A DNA stretch of 54,234 nucleotides, counting the filler, from Sphacelaria rigidula (Eukaryota): assembly GCA_964200075.2 (NCBI GenBank). It is 3 parts of 3 records of this genome, joined end to end, with 100 filler letters (N's around TTAATTAATTAA, not from the genome) between each part and the next. Parts side by side here need not be neighbours in the genome. Positions count along the whole stretch, not along the records: positions 1 to 18,017 come from CAXNAA020000937.1; positions 18,118 to 36,126 come from CAXNAA020000938.1; 1 more part is not named here. The stretch is one strand, 5' to 3'. Each line of letters begins with the position of its first letter. Position 1 is the stretch's first letter. The notes under the pieces are model-generated. The model made no database searches. It was given only the letters and a program-made list of their open reading frames with translations, and was not told where the DNA came from. Below, in pieces: positions 12,601-22,021 of the stretch. Both the position numbers and the translations under genes were made by a program.

Positions 12601-15600
12601 GGTAATGCTGATGTGACGTGTTTGCGTGTGCGGCCATGTTCGTCATGATATCAACCTATGAAGTGAATAATATGAGCACAGTGCATATACATGTAGACGG
12701 GTGACTGTACATCGTGTGAAGTCTTGACCGGCAAAACGTCCATGCCAATGGGAGCATGTCGTACTCGTGACAATATCGCCTTTTCTTCTGCATGCATCAG
12801 CGGTCGGTCCTCTCTCTCTCTTGGTGGGGACACCCGTCCTCATAAAGAGGCGCTGATCGAGCCAAAGGACTCCGGCGTTGGATCCGGGGATGGCAAGTGA
12901 ATATAAACAGAGTCCCGGGGAAGTCCCCCGGCGCTAAGGACACTTTTTCGTGGATGTACACACCGGTTTTTTTTACTCGGGGATGACTGTACTTGTTAAG
13001 GATATAAATGAGGCACCGGGGCCGTGGGTGTAGACACGGAAGAGGTGAGCACGTCTGAGCAAACACAAGCAGAAACAAGGTCCGAATGTGCCTAAGGTTG
13101 CGTCCTGACTGACATCACTACTTTTTACTTGCTTGCGGCCCAATCTCCCCGAAAACGACGTACGCGTATCTCGTGTCGAGTTCATCGACATATGTGTGTG
13201 TTATTGGCACCTTTTGCATGAGCCCCCCGATTGTGCGCGTTGATTGGTCGATCTGCATTCGTTGACCCGCATACAAAGGCACAGGTCCACCAGCTCCGGC
13301 TCCAAGGGCACCGTGCAAAGTTCGGATCAAGTCACTCGCCCTGCGCAGATCACCAATAAACCGTAGTGTGAGCTACGTATCCCCAAAATTACCTCAGGCG
13401 TCCGGGCACGATGGCCACTTCGAAAACCGCACTGCATCGCCAACCGTCTCAACCAGTCAATCAAGAAGAAAGACACGAGTGACCTCCCGCGGCTCAAGGA
13501 CCGACCGGACAAGAAAATAAGAAGAAATGAAGGCTCTGGTCTCGATTGGCACGGGATGCTGAAAGCGAACATACTCATGTCGAGAAGAAGATTCGCATGA
13601 ATGCATGGCAATCTGTCGAAACGAGCGACAGGTGGAGTAACAGGTGGAGAAGAGAGCAACCCTTGCTATCCAGGCACTCACCTAGAGGCTCGACTGCGGG
13701 TCAAGTGACATGACTGTGCACCACCCTTGCCCGCAGTAATGAAGCTTGTAGGAGATTCCGATGCTATCTGCACCAGGCCTGGCATGGAGAGGAGCCGGGT
13801 ACATTGATTTTGCGAGAGCAGCATAGCACATAGATGTAACACGTCCACCAGCCTGAGCGCAAACCACATAGAACGGAGCGGGAAAAGAGTGAAGTGCAGA
13901 GTACAGCGACATTCGAGTACATGAGAGGTCACTACGCGAGGATGCTATCTGGGCTGCAACAGATGTTGCAGTTGCTTTTGGTCGTGGAAAAATCATCGCC
14001 AGGGCTCTGACAGGAATGCACATACCTACCGATAAACGGACCTGCTCTCACCGCTTTGCTTCGCGCCGTCTACACACATCAGTTACAAACACCCCCACGT
14101 GTGATCCGTACGTACAGAAAATGGTCAGGTTCCACCCAATATTCGGTCCGACCCCGTACGATTCCACCAGTGCAAGCCGCTATTTTGGGTACCGCAGGCT
14201 CTGCCACGACCGTATGAACCCATTCCACGGGCGAAAATATGTTTGAAAAAGTGAAATACGACTGGTGTGGAAGTAATGTGGGTTGTCAACCACAAGCGAC
14301 TTCATGCCGAAACCGCAATCGTGTGCAGTTTGAAGTTTGCCAGCTGAGCTGATGTGGTGCGGCGACGTTCTGATTCACAGAGGGATCGGGTTGGCAACGA
14401 TTGGCCAAGATTTCTACAAAGACAATTCTCCTCACTGTCCAACAGGCCAAGTAGGAGGAACAATCAGGAGTAGAGTAAATTCTGCCCCTGTACAGTTCGT
14501 CGCTAACCGCCGGTCGCTGGCCTGCAGACCTCTGCACTACACGATTTACATGCGCTCTGAAAGGTGTTCGCGCGCCCAACACTTACAGAGCAGTAGCCTT
14601 CGCCCGAAGTTCTTCCGAACTCGCAGAGATGGCCAGCGTAGTAAGGCTTGGAATAAGCCCACAGTGGACAAACGCCGCGCAAAGTACAGTCGCGTAGCTC
14701 AGCAGCAGATTGTGTTGCTCTGCGCTTGTCTCTGTACGCAATCCTGAAGCCGTGTGTCGGTGGGAATACGCGGCCATGCCTCCTGTGTGAGAAAATAGAA
14801 ATGGCGGCGAGCTTGTGGCAATGTCCGAAGAGTAGGTGCTTCGGTGAGGTGTGTTGAGGCGAAATCGGAAGTCAAGTGGTCGGCTCCATGTGTTGGTTAC
14901 AGAAAAGTGTACCTGAGTCAAATATGAGTGTGAGTGCTACTGCATCTCGCATACACAGAGGTATGAAAGAGGTATGGAATGCGATAGCACAGGGCGTCGG
15001 GAAGGTAATAGACGAACGTTGTCATACGTTGCTCGACATGAGACAAACAGAGCATTCTCCGACACACCTGAGAATGGCGCAAAAACCCGCTCCACGGAGC
15101 TGGGGCCTCGCTGCACGTTTTCTACCTCGGTTGGTGATGCCGCACTGCACATGCCAACCAGAGGATCACATATGTCGCTTATAGTTTCCAGAATGCTCTG
15201 CGCGGTTCAAACACAAAGGAAACTTACATGACTGGTCAAATCGCACGGTGCACTATCTACCTTCTGTCGAATGCACAAAGGACAATCACTGATCGGTGTT
15301 GCCAGCTCAAACAGGGCCTGTTGAACATTCAAGCAACCGTGGAACAAAGGGTGGATACTCGAGTCTGCCGCCCGCTTACTCGTTCCCAAAGCGCTCACAT
15401 CTTGCAGTCCGGCGTCTTCGCTGAAAGACGCAGATGGGTCCCGTAAAAGACGCATCAGCGTTACCAGCCCACGGGGATCCGAACCCAGTAAATGCACTCC
15501 TGCCCAGCTGCGCATCGCCACCACCAACGCTCGACGTGTAGCCTGCGTAACGTTGGTTGGTCGGGACCAAAATCAGACAAAGCAGGAATCGACCGGCCGA

Positions 15601-15858
15601 AACAAGGGCGACGATAGCGCGGACGAGCCAGCGCGGGGAGCCTCATAATTTCAAGCTTGCCTACTGTAGTCTAAACCACATCTACGACTATCCGCTCCCC
15701 ACCTTCCAGCGATGCGAACGCTCTGGTCCAGGTGGTGTGTCAACATCTGTGAAGCCGCTCAGTAGTCGATGGAGCTCCAAATGCGGTCGCACAAACTTTC
15801 TCGTGCTGGGATCCTCCACGATTGACATGAGAGTTGTGATGAGTGGGTCCGCCAGGTC
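469..15858 (-). CDS. RICTOR: RICTOR / Avo3 (TORC2 scaffold), multi-exon gene; continues beyond the left edge of the window; 5' end unresolved
   Basis: Manually spliced exons give RICTOR motifs in the correct order: LITTLMSIVEDPSTRKFVRPHLEL, AMRSWAGV, HNLLLSYATVLCAAFVHCGL, VLATKDWTKWDWD, DYMSRLILTTVDF, WCIETLIAQL..VLDALEEAAQD, LLMRFMSIPEG, LPPHLYGELAKT, ALWAV. Intron phases match at all junctions except 15399->14743. Confidence 0.92.
1190..1257 (-). CDS. RICTOR: RICTOR exon (VVEHTSVTYLKAVEFTLSFKDFG)
   Basis: CAG/GTGAGT boundaries; phase 0 to 2 matches both neighbours. Confidence 0.75.
1426..1716 (-). CDS. RICTOR: RICTOR exon (RAAVPQVV...ARWIFTNQPEPKDTITIQ), insertion region
   Basis: Open frame within ORF 1375..2112; CAG/GT boundaries; phase 0-0. 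Confidence 0.7.
1781..2161. mobile_element. Intronic MITE-like element with TAGGG...CCCTA (hAT-like) ends and internal GTAC/GTAT-rich repeats
   Basis: Begins tagggaagggtac and ends ccctgccctacccta; gagtacccagtacttcagggta occurs twice; no clear TSD. Confidence 0.45.
2281..2490 (-). CDS. RICTOR: RICTOR exon (AASFWKNRG...LVWSTCRPHQ), insertion region
   Basis: 210-nt open frame, CAG/GT boundaries, phase 0-0. Confidence 0.65.
3508..3660 (-). CDS. RICTOR: RICTOR exon (IVRGILVDGSGKP...AVDRWGNIQSPAASADGQ), insertion region
   Basis: Polypyrimidine TTTCAG acceptor, GT donor, phase 0-0. Confidence 0.75.
4031..4244 (-). CDS. RICTOR: RICTOR exon (PQGTAASG...LPWNIEVMVSR...GAKTV), insertion region
   Basis: CAG/GT boundaries; completes the CA|A codon from the previous exon. 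Confidence 0.72.
4682..4818 (-). CDS. RICTOR: RICTOR exon (AHVNEVEHVEDTL...DNILPAQ)
   Basis: GTAAGT donor, CAG acceptor, phase 0 to 2 fits; an upstream acceptor is possible. Confidence 0.65.
5935..6117 (-). CDS. RICTOR: RICTOR exon (VLAKADLIDKAGASNLLMRFMSIPEGIQYLDQLGWVERTLHKW...)
   Basis: Matches RICTOR LLLRFLSIPKGFSYL-type motif; CAG/GT boundaries. Confidence 0.88.
6731..6983 (-). CDS. RICTOR: RICTOR exon (HLRLFAVNLMR...WCIETLIAQL...LDALEEAAQDERCLRIL)
   Basis: Matches RICTOR W.IELLVTQL..ALDILDEA-type motif; splice sites in phase. Confidence 0.9.
7106..7212 (-). CDS. RICTOR: RICTOR exon (PELDYMSRLILTTVDFTSDKFIARDLLSTWMASGS)
   Basis: CAG/GTATGT boundaries; resembles the DHLLKL..SLDY..AR.IL motif. 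Confidence 0.88.
7571..7714 (-). CDS. RICTOR: RICTOR exon (VFDMESCQRRLSGGYITLLFG...SHLAIMGSQ)
   Basis: AAG/GT boundaries, phase 0-0; expected LS..Y...G....G..LL pattern. Confidence 0.82.
7976..8059 (-). CDS. RICTOR: RICTOR exon (ETVKELQALVTRRWSSAGSLGKVTNASK)
   Basis: CAG/GT boundaries, symmetric phase 0-0. Confidence 0.65.
8264..8411 (-). CDS. RICTOR: RICTOR exon (GGGGGLHNMRWDPDNIRHVECVVRLYSVLL...GGILQ)
   Basis: TAG acceptor 8412-8414, GT donor; completes the CG|G codon. Confidence 0.82.
9305..9680 (+). mobile_element. tRNA-derived SINE copy (degenerate A/B boxes, body, CA-rich tail)
   Basis: tggcaaagttga and gggtccgaatct boxes; body tgggattttt..ctcac..catttccaacagtgga shared with 40760-40900; 3' part shared with 38215-38317. 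Confidence 0.7.
11249..11385 (-). CDS. RICTOR: RICTOR exon (VLATKDWTKWDWDVVDDI...KWVKRVSGFYR)
   Basis: Hallmark VL..K....W.W motif and RRLL.FY-like segment. Confidence 0.9.
11615..11773 (-). CDS. RICTOR: RICTOR exon (VSSATK...QELRLNLESTVEKNVMDNQMHKSK); probable GC donor
   Basis: CAG acceptor; AAG|GCAAGC donor, with an alternative GT 6 nt further on. Confidence 0.72.
13211..13340 (-). CDS. RICTOR: RICTOR exon (ASDLIRTLHGALG...GGLMQK)
   Basis: Completes the AG|G codon to give RASDL (cf. RASAAL); CAG/GT boundaries. Confidence 0.75.
13682..13852 (-). CDS. RICTOR: RICTOR exon (LVDVLHLCAMLLSQNQCTRLLSMPGLVQIAS...)
   Basis: Matches LGELLH.A..LLP......L..LP.L...A motif; GTGAGT donor. Confidence 0.88.
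   Translation of the reverse strand, partial: AGGRVTSMCYAALAKSMYPAPLHARPGADSIGISYKLHYCGQGWCTVMSLDPQSSL
14587..14743 (-). CDS. RICTOR: RICTOR exon (HNLLLSYATVLCAAFVHCGLIPSL...LRAKATAL)
   Basis: Matches L..NY.AL.L.AF...GL motif; GTAAGT donor. Confidence 0.9.
15399..15542 (-). CDS. RICTOR: RICTOR exon (ATRRALVVAMRSWAGVHLLGSDPRGLVTLMRLL...)
   Basis: Conserved RSWAG motif; CAG/GTGAGC boundaries. Confidence 0.92.
15703..15858 (-). CDS. RICTOR: RICTOR exon (DLADPLITTLMSIVEDPSTRKFVRPHLELHRLLSGFTD...)
   Basis: Matches LITTILHLLNHP.TR.YVR...EL..IL..YTD motif. Confidence 0.9.
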
Positions 15859-16339
15859 CTGCTCAATGGATCGACAGTCACGGCTTCACAAGCAATCCTT
15901 TTGTTGTATCGAACTTGACCCTTATTCGAGGGCGCCGTATCTTGTTTTTCAAACACTATAGGCCGAAAGTTCCAGAAGTGGCCAAAAACTGATGGGGTGA
16001 GGGAGAGGGGCACCACGCATATCACCGTGTTTCATCCGCCATGTTGCTCTCGTTTCGAGTCAAATTACCCCCGAGAAACAGGCCCGCTAGGTTGTACGTG
16101 TATGGTGGCGGCATCCAAAAGAGACATTACGGTTGACCGGGGATAACTTCGTATATTCTCACTTGTTTCTCAACGGTGCAACTATTCCTACTGTATAATC
16201 TTACTTGCAAGTAGGACAAAAAAAACAGGTGTCGAGGTGGTCGGGGCAAATCCCCCACAACGTCTTCTAAACAAGCGTTCCAAACGTTTTGCCGCAGAGA
16301 AAATAACGTTTTCTGGAGAAAACATAGGCGTTTCAAGTA

Positions 16340-16685
16340 CAGATCTACATCCAGACATGCACATGAATCTTACGACTGCCGAAGCACGGAGCATGTGTGA
16401 CAGCAGAATAAGAAAAATAAAGCACTCTAAGTGTAAGAGCCATATCAGCCACATTGAGCCCGGCGTCGTCATAGTTATGGGGGTGGATGAGGGCTTTACC
16501 GACCAAAAATGCGCGGCCAGGCTGATAAAACGAATAACGCGGAGTAATAATGCACACGTCGTCAGCTGTCCCGAGCTGTTTAGATGCTTGGAGTAGGACA
16601 CACACTTCGTCCCCTACTGAGTTGGCTATCGTATACAACTGCACCACTTCCATCGCGGCTTTCTCGGCACAGGAAGCAAGCCGGC
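16340..16685 (-). CDS. RICTOR: Putative N-terminal RICTOR coding segments (16606-16685 and 16521 to ~16340), apparently frameshifted
   Basis: GLNVADMALTLR, then in a shifted frame MLRASAVVRFM; resembles RICTOR EDIIICLR...VRAAGLRALRYL. Confidence 0.35.
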
Positions 16686-18017
16686 CTGTGGCACTTTACA
16701 GGCCCCCGCACACACATAAAAGCTGGCGATACATGTAAGAACATCGCTCAGATCGCCACAGCGGACCCCAAATGCTCCGAAAATGAAAAAAAAAAAAAAA
16801 GTGCATTTCTAGTACATTTGGTGCGTTTTGATACATTTCGGTAGCGTGCAGCGTTTATGGGACGCGTGGAGGATATACCTTACATACTTCTCGAGTTTGG
16901 GTGTGTGGGTCGCGCACGCGACAAACCGCAGTGAAATCTTGTGCTTGGTTGCCGAGATGCTCGCGTTGAAAGATCGGCACTTTGGGGGGCGGCGACAAGC
17001 AGCGTACATTAAGCTTTAAGATGGAAACTTTGAAGAAAAGCGGAACTTCGAAACAGAGACCATGTTTTTCGTGACTGTGTGCCTGTACTATCAACAAGAT
17101 GTAAACGACGTCGTTTTCGCCGTGTTTCATTTCCGAGCACATGCCCTTGCTTGCAACAAGAAATCCGTGACGGCCTTGCATCACTCTGCAAGCCGCCAGC
17201 TGCTGCTTTGTTCTGTGCCGCTGTACACAAAGAGTATTTGGCGAGAAGAGCGAGTGCTTTATACCCTTTGAGTTGCAGAGAGCGAAATCACAGATAAAAA
17301 GTCGGCTGTTTCGTGTCAAATGTTTCCAGCATACAGTCGAAAGCGTGGAGAGTGATTTCATTTTTCGTGAAAGCGTAGGTTGGTCAGGCTGATGATGTTT
17401 CCCCTGACTGCCTACAGCTGCTGAACACAAGACACATCATCCGGGCAAACGTTTCACCGCTGTTTCTATGGTGTGTGGCGGCCACAACTGCTGCCGTCCG
17501 TAAGTTTGTACGCTGATGTTTGCAAGGGCGGTGAACATGGTGTGGTAGGTCATGCGGCGTGTGCTTCCCGAATGCTACAGCAACAAACAGCAACTACTGT
17601 TTTTGCACTACGGTCGTGCAACAAGAGGAGCACTGTCACCGGAACAACAGCTTCCACAGGCTGATAAACATCCACCACTCAACAAGTGTACTACTTTTAG
17701 AGTACATTACACATGGGTCGGGTCGTTGTATTGAGGTTACGTGCGAATTTGTGATTGATTTGATTGATTCCATTACGGACCATTCTTCTTTACACAAGCA
17801 AGTGTCCACGTCTACTTTCCCGAAATATAGTATCCAAAATTTGGCCTCATTCACTCCCATAACAGTGCTCCGCGGCTGCACAAGAACAGATCGGTGATAT
17901 ATTGCTCGAGCACTGAGGTCGATGTCTAAACTCCTACCCTAAGTGTCAACTGTTTTGTACCTACGGACTGTACTGTTATTTTACACAATCGGGAGGGGGG
18001 GGGGCGCGTACTCATTT

Positions 18018-18117
18018 NNNNNNNNNNNNNNNNNNNNNNNNNNNNNNNNNNNNNNNNNNNNTTAATTAATTAANNNNNNNNNNNNNNNNNNNNNNNNNNN
18101 NNNNNNNNNNNNNNNNN
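18018..18117. other. Artificial contig-join spacer (N44-TTAATTAATTAA-N44)
   Basis: Six-frame stop linker centred in a 100-nt N run. Confidence 0.97.
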
Positions 18118-18435
18118 CGCTGTTTTCCCTGATATCACCCCCCCCTAAAAAAAAAGTAGAAATGGTGATTTCGGACAGCGCTGTAAGATCACAGAGTCGA
18201 CAAAATGCGCTGAAGAAGTATCTACGCGATCGAGGGGCATAAGGCCGACAAAAAAGTCATTGGGCACCATCGCTGAAAGCGTGGGAAAAGTACTGTTTTG
18301 AGCTCGAACCTCATTACATTGATGAACCTCATTTTATAGAATCCTCTGTCACATGTCGTGATGGCTCGGCGCTTGATGAGCAGCGTGGAGGTAGCGGCAA
18401 AGCCTGTCTGACTGTTCCAAAGGATGAGGCGTAGG

Positions 18436-18689
18436 AATATGTCATCGTCGATGGTCGTGTTGTTCCTGTACTGGCGCTGGAGGTACCGTACTACGGCCGC
18501 AGTTTTTCGAGCGAGAAATCAGCCGAGTTTTTACAGAAATACGAGAAATATGTGCGAGATGTCGATCAGGTGAACGCGCAGTGGACAAATCTCTTTGAGG
18601 TAGCAGCAATTTCTGATCTCATGCCGAAACATATTGCGAAATATCTGCGTGACACGTTCTTGAAACATGCTCATCATGTTGAGAACTAG
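18436..18689 (+). pseudogene. Degenerate gag-like or unknown protein fragment (VPYYGRSFSSEKSAEFLQKYEKYVRDV...ISDLMPKHI)
   Basis: Protein-like open frame bounded by stops inside a repeat-rich LTR-element interior; family assignment is tentative. Confidence 0.3.
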
Positions 18690-21633
18690 CAGCTGTTTTT
18701 CGCTTTGCGCAAGCATGCATCGTCGACTGGGGTGCATGACACTGTGAAAGCCGAGAAGCATGTGTCTGCCCGAGGGGACAGGCACGATAGTGCACCTGCT
18801 GAGCGTGCAGTAGTAGAAACCGCTCACCCGCGACTGAAGCAACAACGCGGTGCCACTTTGAGGGGCGCGGAGGTGACGACGCATGTGTCTGTCCGAAGAG
18901 ACGCAATGGGCAGCAAGAACAGTGAGAGTACAGTAGTCGGTGCTGAGTTAGCAGCCGCTGGCAGTGCTGTTGGAAAAGGCGAACAGGTTGCCGTGAAGGA
19001 GCAAGCCGGACAGGAGGTGGTGACTGTAGCGAGTATGCGTGACACTGCTGCTGCTGTTGGCGATGATGAGAGGGCGAGCTCTACATGGGCCAATGAGCAA
19101 GTTCTCATGGGCGGAGGGTCCAGTTGCTTGTTGCCGCCGGACCAGCGCGTAGCTGGAGATACTCCTTGCATGCTCGAAGCTGCAGGGAGTGTTATTCGCT
19201 TATTGCGAACGAGCAGGGTGAGCAAGGAGCTTGCCTTGCTCATGGTGAATCTATCTGCGCCAGTGACATGGCAGGAGATCGTTCAGATGATTCGCAGGGG
19301 TGTCTGCTTGAAGGACAGGTGGATGCCGGGTTGGCGGAATTGCCGCCGGAGCAGCGCGTAGCTGTGGACACGCCCTGCACGATCGAAACAACAGGGGCGT
19401 GTGACCCGCAAGGAGCGGGTACGCAGAGCGAGCTTCAAGCTCGTGATGCTGTTAGCGATCACAATTCTGACGGCGACGACGAGCGTCGCGTGGTGTTGGG
19501 GTGGTCATGTGCATTGCTGTTCACATGGACAGCTTTGGCGTATTTGGCGGCGATGGCGGAGGTGTCTCCACTGTTTCGCCGCGGGGTGTTTGAGGAGGAT
19601 AGTGTGCCATGAGGAGGTGTTGCTGTTCGGGACTGTGTAGCTGTTCCCGTTTCCCCTTTCGTTTCCTCTGTAAAGCTGACTAAAGCACAAGTGTTCAGTA
19701 CTGCCCAAGTATCTGTGGAGGCAGATGGCTCGTCGCATTGGTTCGGCGGTGCGGATATACCGTTTAGTGGCGAGCTGAGCGGCTCCACGAGGGTGGGAGC
19801 TGTAGCTGGACTCATGGCGCGAGGAGCGAGTGTTCGAGTGGAAACGCTGCTCCACGCTGTGCACGAGGTTGTGGTTCGAGTGCAGCTGTTTCTCAGGAGC
19901 GGGCCGGAGGACTACAAAGAAGGCAGTACCTGAGGTGTTTGCTGTTGTGGTGAGCGCCGAGTTGGGTGCTGATGTTGAGGCGCAAGTGCTGAGGTGACTG
20001 AGTGCTTGTTGAGAATGAGGAAACACATCATGACTGGTATTCGCGAATCATTTTGAGAATGGTTGCAGCTTGTTATTGTATGGCTTGTGGTCATGTTTGC
20101 GCATGAGACATGGTTGTTGAGCGAGTATGACCGTATCGCGTGTGCAGGGTAAAACTCTGGCGTACACGTGGATATTTGGCATGTGTGTGTTGTGTTGATT
20201 TGGTTGGCACGGACGATGCATGGTGTTTGCTGCGAGGAAGGTGGCATTGCATGAGCTGAGTGAAATTCTGGCATGCATGTGCGGATTTTCATATGCTGAG
20301 TGGACTTTTGGCAGGCATGTGCGATTTGTTTCTCGAATGGTACTGATATAAATGGTATCTGGTGACGACCTAGGGTGAGGCAGTTTACAATATACTGCTG
20401 TATGATAAATGCAGGGAAGCTCGTATAATCTTGTTTGCGCAGGAACACAGTCGAATCATATTTGTGCGGGTTGCACGTACTGACTCAAGGATATACAGAT
20501 TGCTGCTGTTAGCGTGAAAATGAGCAAAAACTACGACATGCGTCGGCTCGTACTGACTGTAGGAGACGATGACACCTGCTGTTAGCGTGAAAATGAGCTG
20601 AAAGATAAGAAATGCGTAGGCTCGTCGTATGTGAGCAGGTATGACGCGAGTGCTTCCGGTGGTTGAAGATAAAGAGATTATGCGCGCATGCATCAATGAT
20701 CTTTGACCGTGGCACGTTTTTGTATGGATTGTCACGTGTTTGAACGAGCACGTGGTTGGTTTTTCGTTCATGTCAGAAGGAGTATGTGGATGATGCGTCC
20801 ATTTGTTCGAAGAACTGGTGCAGGTGGACTGCAAGAGTGTCGAGGAATTCAATTTTCCTACATTTTGACTAATACACGAATAGGATATGACGGTCCAAGA
20901 TCCAAACGAGATATAGATATATCTGGGATTTGCTCGAAAACAAGAGTTCGAAAACGAGATCACGAGGGATGATCAATGATGGCGGAGGTCGAGGTCCGCT
21001 CGCCGTCGTTGGATAAGTGTGCATGACTTGAATAGCGGTTTGAGTCATGGCTTTCCTTCGATTGTCTGAATGAAATGATGGCAAATTGAAGCATTGAAGC
21101 TTCGACGGCGCGGAGGCATGCGATGCATACGTTTTTCCGGTGTTGCAGAAGCAAGATGCCAGGTGCGTTTTAGACGTGTTGGGTACTCATTTCCTTCCAC
21201 AGTGAGGATGGTGTATCATTTGACTGCTGCACTCCGTTGCGCAGGTATTGAACGTACAAACAGTACATCTTGTATGTTGAGAAGAACGTTGTCTCGGATG
21301 AGAGGGACGATGAGTCACGAATGCTGTGGAATTTGACGTTCGCTGGCATTTCCGGTTTCGTGCCGATGAAGAGTCAAGAGACTTGTTTCGGGCGAAGATT
21401 TGAGAATTTGGCCCTAGCTATCGCTTTATAACTCGAGGTGGTGCAAGTAGCGTGACTGCATGTTCAGGATGGACGATATTTCTTGGGATCTCTTGCGAGT
21501 TGTTCGGAAGTGGGGCAAGCTCGTATGGAGCTGTTGTCGAAAGCAGCGGAAGAGATTGCTATTCTTTGCGGAAAACGACGGTACTATGAGGCACCAATGA
21601 TGTCTGAGTTTGTCAAGCTCTGATGTCACCACT

Positions 21634-22021
21634 TGTTGGTAGTAGAGAGCTTTGGGGGTGCTGTAGACTCTAGCCACCAGTGTTACCCAAGGTTAGGGAC
21701 ATTGTGTAGGTGGAGTTGCGGGTCTTATTGCCGGACTCTGTGATAGGTGACCTCCATGACGAGTAGGCTTGGTTTTGCCACTGTGGTAGAGAGAGGCTAT
21801 GGTCCTGTTCTCCTGTACTATGCTGAGGGTTGATCCATGAATAACTGAAGCTGCTCAAGTCCATGTGCCCATGATGGGAAGAGTCCACATGGCGATCTGA
21901 TCTTGAGTGACAGAGGTCTATATAACGCAGAAACCAATAACAAGCTGATAGGCTTGATTGAGTGGAGAAAAATAGAGAGTGACCACGAGGCGGTATCTCA
22001 GAAAACTGTGCTATCCCAACA
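21634..22021 (-). mobile_element. LTR (388 bp) of a second LTR element whose interior runs toward lower coordinates; PBS-like site at 21617-21631
   Basis: TGTTGG...CCAACA inverted ends; on the minus strand followed after 2 nt by TGGTGACATCAGAGC. Confidence 0.7.

Noticed and set aside
11830..12900. Extra RICTOR exons at ~11830-11920, ~12350-12490 and ~12730-12850
   Set aside because: No recognisable motifs and ambiguous splice phases; not supportable without transcripts.
18062..18073. TTAATTAATTAA motifs inside N runs (also 36171-36182) as biological sites
   Set aside because: Identical 44+12+44 layout at both places; an artificial six-frame-stop linker.
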